Made by a program: the position numbers and the translations under genes
Notes under the pieces: model-generated
Seen by the model: only the letters and a program-made list of their open reading frames with translations
Database searches by the model: none
What the model was told of the DNA's origin: nothing
Origin: Erysipelotrichaceae bacterium OH741_COT-311
GTDB taxonomy: Bacteria; Bacillota_I; Bacilli_A; Erysipelotrichales; Erysipelotrichaceae
Direction of reading: 5' to 3'
Assembly (NCBI GenBank): GCA_003858585.1
Contig: RQZE01000002.1
Coordinates: forward strand, 60,001 to 92,000
Length of the DNA stretch: 32,000 nucleotides
Part shown: piece after piece, positions 8,964 to 16,558 of the stretch
Layout of the letters: each line of letters starts with the position of its first letter
How positions within the stretch are numbered: position 1 is the stretch's first letter

Positions 8964-9674
8964 ATGTTTAGTGATTTTGAGAAATTACAAATTATGAAAT
9001 CTGAAGTTGAGAAAATGATTAATAGGATGAAAAATATATTAGATACAGCTAATAAAATGTTTTTTTCCGTATTTGTGGTTTTTGTTTTGGGGTTTGAAAA
9101 ATTCTTGAAATATTTTGAAATATTTTATAATACTCTTTATAGTAAACAGCAGGAATTAGCATTGGAAAATAATACGTTTTTTTTATTTGAAAAGTTCATT
9201 TCAGAATTATCAACAAGAACGGTTGATTATCAAAAAAATTTGTATGTTCGTCAATCTTCTTTTATAGCTGTTTCATATGTTTTAATCTTAATTTCAATAG
9301 TTTTTTTATTCTTTTGGATTCATAAAATCAATCCGGAAAAAGTTGTTTTAAAAAATTTATTAAACAAAGAATATAAAAATTTTAATGATTTCTGTCCTGT
9401 TGTTTGTATGCAAAGGGAGCAAGAATCTTTCCAATTAATAAAAAATAATTTTAAAAAATTTGATAGAATCTATGCTTTTTATATGTTTATGATGCTGATT
9501 TTTTATATATTAATAATTGTAATGGTTTTACCTTTAAATACTAAAATTTCAATAACTATATTCATCTTCTCTGTTTTTGTAGCATTTATATTTTTTGTTT
9601 TAGATGTAGTAATAGAATATATAAAACAATTATATACTTTCGTTCAAAAAATTTGGCAGGCAAAAGTAAAATAA
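8964..9674 (+). CDS. Orphan 4-TM membrane protein, strongly AT-rich
   Basis: The open frame starts at 8898. ATG 8964 lies 9 nt after GAAGGG (8949-8954), whereas ATG 8955 has no spacer. Four long hydrophobic segments are separated by Lys/Asn/Glu-rich loops. I recognise no family motif. Confidence 0.5.
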   Translation: MFSDFEKLQIMKSEVEKMINRMKNILDTANKMFFSVFVVFVLGFEKFLKYFEIFYNTLYSKQQELALENNTFFLFEKFISELSTRTVDYQKNLYVRQSSFIAVSYVLILISIVFLFFWIHKINPEKVVLKNLLNKEYKNFNDFCPVVCMQREQESFQLIKNNFKKFDRIYAFYMFMMLIFYILIIVMVLPLNTKISITIFIFSVFVAFIFFVLDVVIEYIKQLYTFVQKIWQAKVK

Positions 9675-9794
9675 TTTATATAATCTGAGCTTAGTTTTAG
9701 AGTAAATTAGTTCAATAAATGGAATAAAAATTAATTGAAAGCATAAACTAACTATGGAATAATGACATTGATAAGTAAAAAGTAGTTTATACTA

Positions 9795-10006
9795 GGAAAA
9801 CGGTCCCTGTTGTATGACCTATTTAGTTAGAAGTCGTATTATGTGTATAGTTAGTACAAGCACATATTGGTACTATTCGTATTTCGGGATATGCAATCGG
9901 GCTGTTTCTATTAATACGATTCATACAATATACAGAAGCGGGTGCAACTCCAGCAGCTTATCATTTATAAAGAATAAACAATCAAACAAGGGTTGGTTGT
10001 TTTTTT
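9795..10006 (+). ncRNA. Candidate untranslated transcript (orphan sRNA, or long 3'-UTR of the upstream ORF) ending at an intrinsic terminator
   Basis: No credible ORF or RBS between 9675 and 10080. Long-range 10-bp pairing of 9832-9841 (agtcgtatta) with 9912-9921 (taatacgatt) encloses a 6-bp hairpin (9852-9857 / 9870-9875). A terminator sits at 9977-10006. I identified no convincing promoter. Confidence 0.2.
9977..10006 (+). terminator. Intrinsic terminator with no adjacent upstream ORF
   Basis: A 9-bp stem, aacaatcaa (9977-9985) / ttggttgtt (9993-10001, one G-U pair), is followed by a T-run to 10006. The nearest + strand stop codon is 300 nt upstream. Confidence 0.55.
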
Positions 10007-10080
10007 ATAAAAAAAGAAAAGCGAATGTATTGCTTCTATATACTGTATATTTTAAAAAGTAGAACCTAAAATAGTATAAA

Positions 10081-10108
10081 TAATAAAAAAGCCTTTAAAT
10101 AAAGGCTT
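10081..10108 (-). terminator. Intrinsic terminator of the tRNA transcription unit
   Basis: Perfect 8-bp palindromic stem, aagccttt (10089-10096) / aaaggctt (10101-10108), with a U-run on the minus strand (A-run 10084-10090). Confidence 0.75.
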
Positions 10109-10119
10109 AATTTGAATAT

Positions 10120-10195
10120 TGGTGGAGCTTAGGAGGATCGAACTCCTGACCTCCTGCGTGCAAGGCAGGCGCTCTCCCAGCTGAGCTAAAACCCC
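10120..10195 (-). tRNA. tRNA-Ala (anticodon UGC), CCA encoded
   Basis: Reverse complement is GGGGTTTTAGCTCAGCTGGGAGAGCGCCTGCCTTGCACGCAGGAGGTCAGGAGTTCGATCCTCCTAAGCTCCACCA. It folds into a full cloverleaf with the G3:U70 identity pair and anticodon loop CTTGCAC. Confidence 0.97.
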
Positions 10196-10212
10196 ATGTA
10201 TATTCAATTCGA

Positions 10213-10289
<77 letters not shown>

Positions 10290-10310
10290 ATGAACATCGA
10301 ATGCTTAATA

Positions 10311-10339
10311 ATAATAACAAATGGAATATATGATGTCAA
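10311..10339 (-). promoter_or_regulatory. Sigma-A promoter driving tRNA-Ile and tRNA-Ala
   Basis: On the minus strand: TTGACA (revcomp of 10334-10339), 17-nt spacer, TATTAT (revcomp of 10311-10316), about 20 nt upstream of the tRNA-Ile 5' end. Confidence 0.6.
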
Positions 10340-10397
10340 TAGTTTTTGAAAAAATTATTTTATTTTATTTTTTCTGTGTGAAGTTATTAATTATTAT

Positions 10398-10425
10398 TTG
10401 AATATTACAATTAATCTAGTATAAT
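10398..10425 (+). promoter_or_regulatory. Sigma-A-type promoter for the phnD-type operon
   Basis: TTGAAT (10398-10403), 16-nt spacer, TATAAT (10420-10425). Confidence 0.5.
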
Positions 10426-10462
10426 TTACTTGTGATTTATCACGGGAGGAAAAGGAAAAGAA

Positions 10463-11590
10463 ATGAAAAAACTTTTAACTGTTTTATTAGCTTCTATGTT
10501 ATTAGTTGGATGTACTAATAAACCTAGTGGCGCTGAAACACAACCTGCTACAGATGGTAGTAGTGAAACACAAACAACTGTAAGTGATCGCAAACAACCT
10601 GAAAAAACAGGAAGTCACGATTTGGATACATTAGAAATCCAATTCGTACCTAGTAAAGATGCAGACGTTATCATTACAGGGACTGCTGGTTTAGACAAAT
10701 TATTAATTGATGAATTAGCAAAGAGTGGTTTCAATGTTGGTAAAGTAAACATTACAGTAGGTACTTCTTATGATACAACAGGAGAAGGATTAGCTGCCGG
10801 TTCCGTTCATGTTGGTTGGTTACCGGGTGGTACGTATGCATTATTCTCTAATGAGGCAGATGTTATTTTAACAGCAACTCGTAATGGGTTATCAAATGAC
10901 TCTGAAGATCCAAAGACTTGGAATGGGGATGCAAATGCAACACAAAAGAATGGTCCACAAGTTTCTTACTATCGTTCATTAATTTACGCTACACCTTCAG
11001 CTTATGGTAAAGAATTAGCTGCTAAGGTAAATGCTGGTGAAAAATTAACTTGGGAAGAATTAAATAAAGCAAATTGGGCTGTATTAAAAACAAGTAGTTC
11101 TGCTGGATATATTTATCCTACAATGTGGTTAATGGATAACTATGAAGGAAAAAAGATTACAGACTTAGCGAATGTAATTACATTAGATGGTTATGGTACT
11201 GCATTCTCTCAAGCTGCTAGTGAATCTGTAGATATTATCGTTTGTTATGCAGATGGTCGTAATGACTATGAAGCAAGTTGGATGCTTCCGGTTGATCAAC
11301 AAGATGAAACAAAGAAAGCTGGTCTTGGTCGTAGCGAAAGTATTTGGACAGAGTTAAATGTTATCGGTGTTACTGCTCCAATTTATAATGATACAGTAGC
11401 AATCACAATGGCAGACCCTAATATCTATAATGAAGAATTTATTGCTGCATTACAAACGGCATTAATTAATATTATTAATTCAGAAGAAGGAAAAGCGATT
11501 TTCTCGGTATATTCTCATAATGGATATTCAAAGGCTGTTGACTCAGATTATGATGGCGCAAGAGCTGCGTTAAAAGCGGTTCAAGAATAA
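10463..11590 (+). CDS. phnD: PhnD-family (phosphate/phosphite/phosphonate-type) ABC substrate-binding lipoprotein
   Basis: Lipobox MLLVGC, a Ser/Thr/Gln-rich linker, then a PhnD-like core (LEIQFVPSKDADV..., GSVHVGWLPGGTYA, YRSLIYA). It is followed by phnC/phnE-type genes. Confidence 0.8.
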   Translation: MKKLLTVLLASMLLVGCTNKPSGAETQPATDGSSETQTTVSDRKQPEKTGSHDLDTLEIQFVPSKDADVIITGTAGLDKLLIDELAKSGFNVGKVNITVGTSYDTTGEGLAAGSVHVGWLPGGTYALFSNEADVILTATRNGLSNDSEDPKTWNGDANATQKNGPQVSYYRSLIYATPSAYGKELAAKVNAGEKLTWEELNKANWAVLKTSSSAGYIYPTMWLMDNYEGKKITDLANVITLDGYGTAFSQAASESVDIIVCYADGRNDYEASWMLPVDQQDETKKAGLGRSESIWTELNVIGVTAPIYNDTVAITMADPNIYNEEFIAALQTALINIINSEEGKAIFSVYSHNGYSKAVDSDYDGARAALKAVQE

Positions 11591-11600
11591 TTAAGTATTC

Positions 11601-11634
11601 GACGACTGTTAATGTTTTAGCAGTCGTCTTTTTT
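11601..11634 (+). terminator. Intercistronic hairpin / partial terminator between the binding-protein and ATPase genes
   Basis: gacgactg (11601-11608) / cagtcgtc (11621-11628) plus TTTTTT (11629-34). The phnC RBS and ATG follow within 17 nt, so read-through is required. Confidence 0.65.
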
Positions 11635-11650
11635 CAATAGGGAGATTACA

Positions 11651-12412
11651 ATGATTGAATTTATTAATGCAAGTAAGACTTATCCAAATGGGGTAAAGGG
11701 CTTAAAAAATGTGAATTTAACAATTGATCAGGGGGAATTTGTGGCGGTGATTGGTTTGTCAGGGGCTGGTAAATCAACGTTAATTCGTACTGTGAATCGT
11801 ATGCATGATGTTACAGGTGGTCAAGTAATTGTAGATGGTGTAGATGTTATGACTTTAAAGGGAAAATCGCTTCGTAAGTTTCGTCGTAAAATTGGTATGA
11901 TTTTCCAATCGTTTAACTTGATTTCAAGATCAACTGTTATTCGTAATGTATTAGCGAGTAATGTACCGGATTTACCTTGGTATCGTGTGCTTTTGGGTTT
12001 GTATAAGAAAGAGCAAGAAATGGATGCATTGGCTGCTTTAGATAAAGTAGGTATTTTAGAAAAAGCTTATACACGTTGTGATCAATTGTCAGGTGGACAA
12101 CAACAGCGTGTGGCATTGGCTCGTACATTAAATCAAAAACCATCAATTATTTTGGCAGATGAGCCGGTTGCTTCGTTAGATCCAATTATGGCAGATGTTG
12201 TTATGAGTGATTTTAAGCGTATTAATGAAGAGTTAAAAATTACAATTATATTAAATATTCACCATGTAGACTTAGCGTTAAAGTATGCAACAAGAGTAAT
12301 TGGTATTCGTTCCGGGGAAATCGTATATGATGGACCAAGTAGTGAAGTAACAAAAGAGATTTTAAATGAAGTCTATAGTGGAAAAGAAATTCCGGAATTA
12401 GCAAAGGGGTAG
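11651..12412 (+). CDS. phnC: PhnC-type ABC ATP-binding protein
   Basis: Walker A GLSGAGKSTL, signature LSGGQQQRVALAR, Walker B ILADEPVASLD. The N-terminus MIEFINASKTY and overall layout are typical of PhnC. Confidence 0.88.
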   Translation: MIEFINASKTYPNGVKGLKNVNLTIDQGEFVAVIGLSGAGKSTLIRTVNRMHDVTGGQVIVDGVDVMTLKGKSLRKFRRKIGMIFQSFNLISRSTVIRNVLASNVPDLPWYRVLLGLYKKEQEMDALAALDKVGILEKAYTRCDQLSGGQQQRVALARTLNQKPSIILADEPVASLDPIMADVVMSDFKRINEELKITIILNIHHVDLALKYATRVIGIRSGEIVYDGPSSEVTKEILNEVYSGKEIPELAKG

Positions 12413-12415
12413 AAT

Positions 12416-13246
12416 ATGGATAAGTTAACGTTATTTGACCATGTTTTTAAACCCAAGGTAATTACATTAGAAAATGGTCATCAAGTATTAAAGAAGCGTA
12501 GTCGTAAACCGCTTATTCTGTTGGTTTTATTAGTGGTAATGTGGGTTTCTTTTGTTGTGACTGGATTTGATTTGGATTTAATTATTAAGCGTGGAGGACA
12601 ATTCTTTGTTATTTTAAGAAAAATATTTAATCCTGATTTTTCTTATTATAAAAAAGTAGTGAATCCGTTATTGGATACTGTAAAAATGTCGCTGTTAGGT
12701 ACCATTTTAGGGTGTTTAACGGCATTTCCGGTTGCGATTTTAGCTTCTAGTAACATCAATCGTAATCGTATTATTTTAGTAACAATTCGTTTTATCTTAA
12801 GTGTGATTCGTTCGGTTCCAACGTTGATTATCGCATCGATTTTCGCTTTAATCTTTGGGTTAGGGACGTTTGCCGGTATGGTGTCGATTGCGATTTTTAC
12901 ACTAGGTATTGTATCGAAGATGTTGTTTGAAAGCATTGAAGTTATTGACATGGGTCCATTTGAAGCGATGATTTCTTATGGTTGCAATCAATTTAGAGCC
13001 TTCTGGGCTGCGTGTTTGCCACAAATTTTACCAACGTATTTAGCACAGTGTTTATATTGTTTTGAGATTAATATTCGTGCAGCTGCTATCTTAGGTTACG
13101 TTGGTGCCGGTGGTATTGGTATCTTGATTAGTGAGCGTATTGGATGGCGAGATTATAATGGTCTGGGAACTGTTTTATTATCGTTATTTATGCTTGTGTT
13201 ATGTATTGACCAGTTAAGTGGTTATTTAAGAAGTAAACTTAGTTAG
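12416..13246 (+). CDS. phnE: PhnE-type ABC permease (first of two)
   Basis: 276 aa, 6 TM, with EAA-like loop FEAMISYGCNQFRAFWAACLPQILP. Tightly packed in the operon. Confidence 0.85.
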   Translation: MDKLTLFDHVFKPKVITLENGHQVLKKRSRKPLILLVLLVVMWVSFVVTGFDLDLIIKRGGQFFVILRKIFNPDFSYYKKVVNPLLDTVKMSLLGTILGCLTAFPVAILASSNINRNRIILVTIRFILSVIRSVPTLIIASIFALIFGLGTFAGMVSIAIFTLGIVSKMLFESIEVIDMGPFEAMISYGCNQFRAFWAACLPQILPTYLAQCLYCFEINIRAAAILGYVGAGGIGILISERIGWRDYNGLGTVLLSLFMLVLCIDQLSGYLRSKLS

Positions 13247-13255
13247 GAGGCTTAT

Positions 13256-14065
13256 ATGGAACATATTTTAAACATGTATAATAAACGTCCCAATACTAAG
13301 TGGATTAAACTATTAGTAACAGCCATTATTATTAGTTTAGTTATCTATAGTGCAAGTGGTGTCACATATAAAGGTATTGCGGCAAAGGGTAGTGATGTAG
13401 CATTTGGAATCATGTATGGTTTAACACATCCGGATGTATCCATTATTTTTAATTTTACAAAAGAAGGGGTTCCTTACCTGCTGGCACAAACGGCTGCAAT
13501 TGCAGTATTAGGGACAATCTTTGGGGCAGTTTTAGCAATTCCATTTAGTTTTTTATGTAGCAAAAAAATAGTAGGTAAATATGTTGCTTTTGTATTTCAA
13601 GCGATTGTGTTATTAATTCGTACAATTCCATCTGTGGTATGGGCTTTGGTATGGATTCGTGTAACAGGACCCGGCCCATTTTGTGGGGTTGTAACTCAGT
13701 CAATTTGTTCCATCGGAATGATTTCTAAAATGTTTGTAACAGCGATTGATGATATTGATACAGGTATTCTAGAGTCTTTGGATGCGTGTGGTTGTACAAC
13801 GTTCCAAAAGATTCGCTATGGTATTTTACCTCAATTAAGTTCAAGTTTTATTTCAACAACGATTTATCGTTTTGATATTAACTTAAAAGATGCGACAGTA
13901 TTAGGTATTGTTGGAGCTGGTGGTATTGGGGCTGTATTGCAACAATCAATTTCGTCTCGTCGTTGGACCATTGTAGGGGCATTCTTGTTGTCTTTAATTG
14001 TGGCTGTTTTAGTTATTGAATATTTCTCAACGAGAATTAGAAAGAAGTTAGCACGTGGACAATAA
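13256..14065 (+). CDS. phnE: PhnE-type ABC permease (second of two)
   Basis: 269 aa, paralogous to the previous gene, with loop ILESLDACGCTTFQKIRYGILPQL. AGGAGG RBS. Confidence 0.85.
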   Translation: MEHILNMYNKRPNTKWIKLLVTAIIISLVIYSASGVTYKGIAAKGSDVAFGIMYGLTHPDVSIIFNFTKEGVPYLLAQTAAIAVLGTIFGAVLAIPFSFLCSKKIVGKYVAFVFQAIVLLIRTIPSVVWALVWIRVTGPGPFCGVVTQSICSIGMISKMFVTAIDDIDTGILESLDACGCTTFQKIRYGILPQLSSSFISTTIYRFDINLKDATVLGIVGAGGIGAVLQQSISSRRWTIVGAFLLSLIVAVLVIEYFSTRIRKKLARGQ

Positions 14066-15554
14066 ACGTTTTCGTATTTTAGCAACAACAGATGTGCATG
14101 GTTATATTGCACCTTATCATTACAGTAATAATCAATTAGCGAATATGGGTTTATCTTCTCTGGCTTGTTTGATTAAGCAATATAAAGATGAACACACTGT
14201 ATTAATTGATAATGGTGATTGTTTAGAAGGATCGCCTTTAGCGATGTATCATTTTATAAAAAACAAAGAAGATGTTCATCCGATTACAACGTGTATGAAG
14301 TATCTTCAATATGATTACATCAATCTGGGTAATCATGATTTTAACTATGGGTTATCTGCTTTGAATATGCATTTAAAACATATTGGTGCAACTTGTCTTA
14401 CTTGTAATATTGATCCATTACCATATACTTATCAAATCAAAGAAATCAATGGATATAAGATAGCTTTTATTGGAGTGGTTACTCAATATTTAACCAACTG
14501 GGAACAGCCGGATAACATTAAAGGTTTAACGTTTTTGGATGCGTTTGAAACATTAAAGAAAGCTGTAAAACAAGTTCGTAATCAAGTAGACTATGTGGTT
14601 GGTTTATATCATGGTGGCTTTGAGTGTGATTTAGTGGATGGTACACCAACCGAAGTACTAACCGGAGAAAATCAAGGCTATAGAATGTGTCATGAGATTG
14701 AAGGTCTAGATGTTTTAATTACCGGACATCAACATCGTAGTATTGCTACAAAAGTTAATGGTGTTACAGTGACTCAAACAGCATGTAATGGTATGGAACT
14801 TGCTTGTATTGATGTTTATCAGGATAAAGTAGAAGCAAGCATTATAAAACCGGATGGACAATATGATAAGGATATGTGTCATCTTATTCAAAAGCAGGAA
14901 GAAGCTTGTCAATTGTGGTTAGATGAAGCAGTTGGAACAACGAAAGTGGATTTGTTGGTTAAAGATGAAATTGATGCTCGTATTCATAAACATCAAGTGA
15001 TTACCTTCTTAAATAAAATCAGTATGGAATTTACAAAGGCTGACTTAGCAGGAAATGCACTGTTTAATCATGCGGTTGGCTTTAAAGAAGAAATTACCAT
15101 GCGTGATATTGTTTCAACGTATGTGTATCCAAATACATTAATTGTGAAAGAAATTGATGGACGTATTTTAAAAGCATATTTAGAAAAGAATGCTGAATTT
15201 TTTGACCTTCAAGAAGATGAGATTGTTATTAGTGCCTCGTATCAAGAGCCAAAGCTACAATACTTTAATTATGACATGGTAGATGGTATTGAATATACGA
15301 TTAAGGTATCAAATCCAATTGGTAGTCGTATCACCAGCTTAACGTATAAAGGGAAGCCTGTACAAGAAGAAGATACCTTTACGCTGGTCATTAACAATTA
15401 TCGAGCAAGTGGTGGTGGAGATTTTACTATGTTGAAAGATGCGAAAATAGTACAAGAATTTGAAGTCGGCATGGTGAGTTTATTGGCAGAGTATATACGC
15501 AGGGTTAAGGTTGTTGATTTTGAGCCTGTTTGTAATATCCAAGTTATAAAATAA
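14055..15554 (+). CDS. Bifunctional metallophosphoesterase / 5'-nucleotidase-family enzyme (CpdB/UshA/YfkN-like), no signal peptide
   Basis: Calcineurin-type motifs ATTDVHGY, NGDCLEG, GNHDF and GHQH, plus the 5'-nucleotidase C-domain motif NNYRASGGGDF. The GTG start at 14055 overlaps the phnE stop by 11 nt. The first metal-binding motif begins at residue 10, leaving no room for a leader. Confidence 0.85.
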   Translation: MDNKRFRILATTDVHGYIAPYHYSNNQLANMGLSSLACLIKQYKDEHTVLIDNGDCLEGSPLAMYHFIKNKEDVHPITTCMKYLQYDYINLGNHDFNYGLSALNMHLKHIGATCLTCNIDPLPYTYQIKEINGYKIAFIGVVTQYLTNWEQPDNIKGLTFLDAFETLKKAVKQVRNQVDYVVGLYHGGFECDLVDGTPTEVLTGENQGYRMCHEIEGLDVLITGHQHRSIATKVNGVTVTQTACNGMELACIDVYQDKVEASIIKPDGQYDKDMCHLIQKQEEACQLWLDEAVGTTKVDLLVKDEIDARIHKHQVITFLNKISMEFTKADLAGNALFNHAVGFKEEITMRDIVSTYVYPNTLIVKEIDGRILKAYLEKNAEFFDLQEDEIVISASYQEPKLQYFNYDMVDGIEYTIKVSNPIGSRITSLTYKGKPVQEEDTFTLVINNYRASGGGDFTMLKDAKIVQEFEVGMVSLLAEYIRRVKVVDFEPVCNIQVIK

Positions 15555-15590
15555 AGATAGCTGTTTAGAAATACAACAGCTATCTTTTTA
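15554..15590. terminator. Bidirectional intrinsic terminator
   Basis: A 12-bp stem, aagatagctgtt (15554-15565) / aacagctatctt (15575-15586), followed by a T-run. It sits between convergent genes. Confidence 0.8.
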
Positions 15591-16418
15591 ATGATTTAAC
15601 TTACGATATTCATTTGGTGAAACTCGATATACTTTTTTAAAGGATTGTGCAAAGTAGGATTGAGAAGACATACCTATGATATTGGCAATTTGTGATACCG
15701 ATAGATTTGTATTCTTTAATAATTTTGATGCTTCTTTTAAACGCACTTCATTTAAGTAGGCAATGGGTGTGATGTGAAATTGTTTTTTAAATGAATGTAC
15801 TAAATAATATTTGTTCATATACGATATTTTACATAAATCATCAAGGGTTAAATTCTCGTTGTAGTTTGATTCAATGTAGTTTTTAATATAGGTACAGCTT
15901 TCGTTGGCTTCACATACATCGCCAATAGTTAATTTCGTGTTGGTACGTCGTATGATATTAGCGAGTAAGACTTCTAGAAGATTTTGAGCAATTAAGTCAT
16001 AGTATTCTGATTTTGCAGCAACTTCCAGTAAAAGAGTCTTTAAATAGAATAAAACTTCATGTTTATAATCGCGATAATTATGAATGCTACAGTATTCAGG
16101 TTGATCGACTTCTTGGGTTAATAGTGAAATGCCTTCAATGCCAATTACAATGTATTCTAAGGGTTCATCGTCTTTACTGGATTCCGTATGGCGTACATTG
16201 GCATTTACAATGACTAAATCATCTTCTTTTACATCAAATGTATCATCTTCAATGTAGAATTTTCCTTTGCCGCTTAGCACATAAAATAGTTCTGTGAAGG
16301 GATGACTGTGCATAATACTATGCCAGTCTGTTTCGTATTTAGCACTTGTTACATAGATTAATTTTGCGTTAATATTTGTAAAATTACTCGATGCAATATC
16401 ATATTGTTTATTTCCCAT
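15588..16418 (-). CDS. AraC-family transcriptional regulator with N-terminal cupin sensor domain
   Basis: Cupin region HSHPFTELFYVLSGKG, and a C-terminal double HTH (LDDLCKISYMNKYYLVHSFKK...SQIANIIGMSSQSYFAQSFKK). ATG 16418 (GAGG RBS, 8-nt spacer) is preferred over the RBS-less ATG 16466. Confidence 0.85.
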   Translation of the reverse strand: MGNKQYDIASSNFTNINAKLIYVTSAKYETDWHSIMHSHPFTELFYVLSGKGKFYIEDDTFDVKEDDLVIVNANVRHTESSKDDEPLEYIVIGIEGISLLTQEVDQPEYCSIHNYRDYKHEVLFYLKTLLLEVAAKSEYYDLIAQNLLEVLLANIIRRTNTKLTIGDVCEANESCTYIKNYIESNYNENLTLDDLCKISYMNKYYLVHSFKKQFHITPIAYLNEVRLKEASKLLKNTNLSVSQIANIIGMSSQSYFAQSFKKVYRVSPNEYRKLNH

Positions 16419-16471
16419 GTTATATACCTCGATTATTATAATATTGAATTTTTTATAAAAAAGCAATATCT

Positions 16472-16511
16472 ATAAAATAATTAGCAATTTAACTATAGTT
16501 AATAAAATAAT
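16472..16511. repeat. Direct repeat ATAAAATAAT x2 with 30-bp period in the divergent regulator/transporter promoter region
   Basis: Identical 10-mers at 16472-16481 and 16502-16511. This is a candidate AraC-type operator, though the region is extremely AT-rich. Confidence 0.25.
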
Positions 16512-16558
16512 ATTTTTTTATACTTAGAATACAAAGGCAAAGCCTAGGAGGAAAAGAA

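Noticed and set aside
9912-9965. Minus-strand 17-codon Cys-rich mini-ORF (MISCWSCTRFCILYESY) that could have been a RiPP precursor or type I toxin
   Set aside because: It has no RBS and no adjacent modification or immunity genes. It is too short and insufficiently hydrophobic for a type I toxin, and it is most likely a chance ORF.
9814-10062. 82-aa ORF in the track, inside the large intergenic gap
   Set aside because: It has no Shine-Dalgarno element upstream (ccctgttgtATG). Its composition is Tyr/Ser/Cys/Ile-rich nonsense, and it reads straight through the intrinsic terminator at 9977-10006. I treat the region as non-coding.
10290-10462. Possible riboswitch, T-box or Pho box in the 170-bp leader of the phn-type operon
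   Set aside because: I saw no T-box specifier or antiterminator motif, no recognisable riboswitch core and no tandem TTAACA-like PhoP repeats. The region contains only a promoter-like TTGAAT-16-TATAAT and an RBS.
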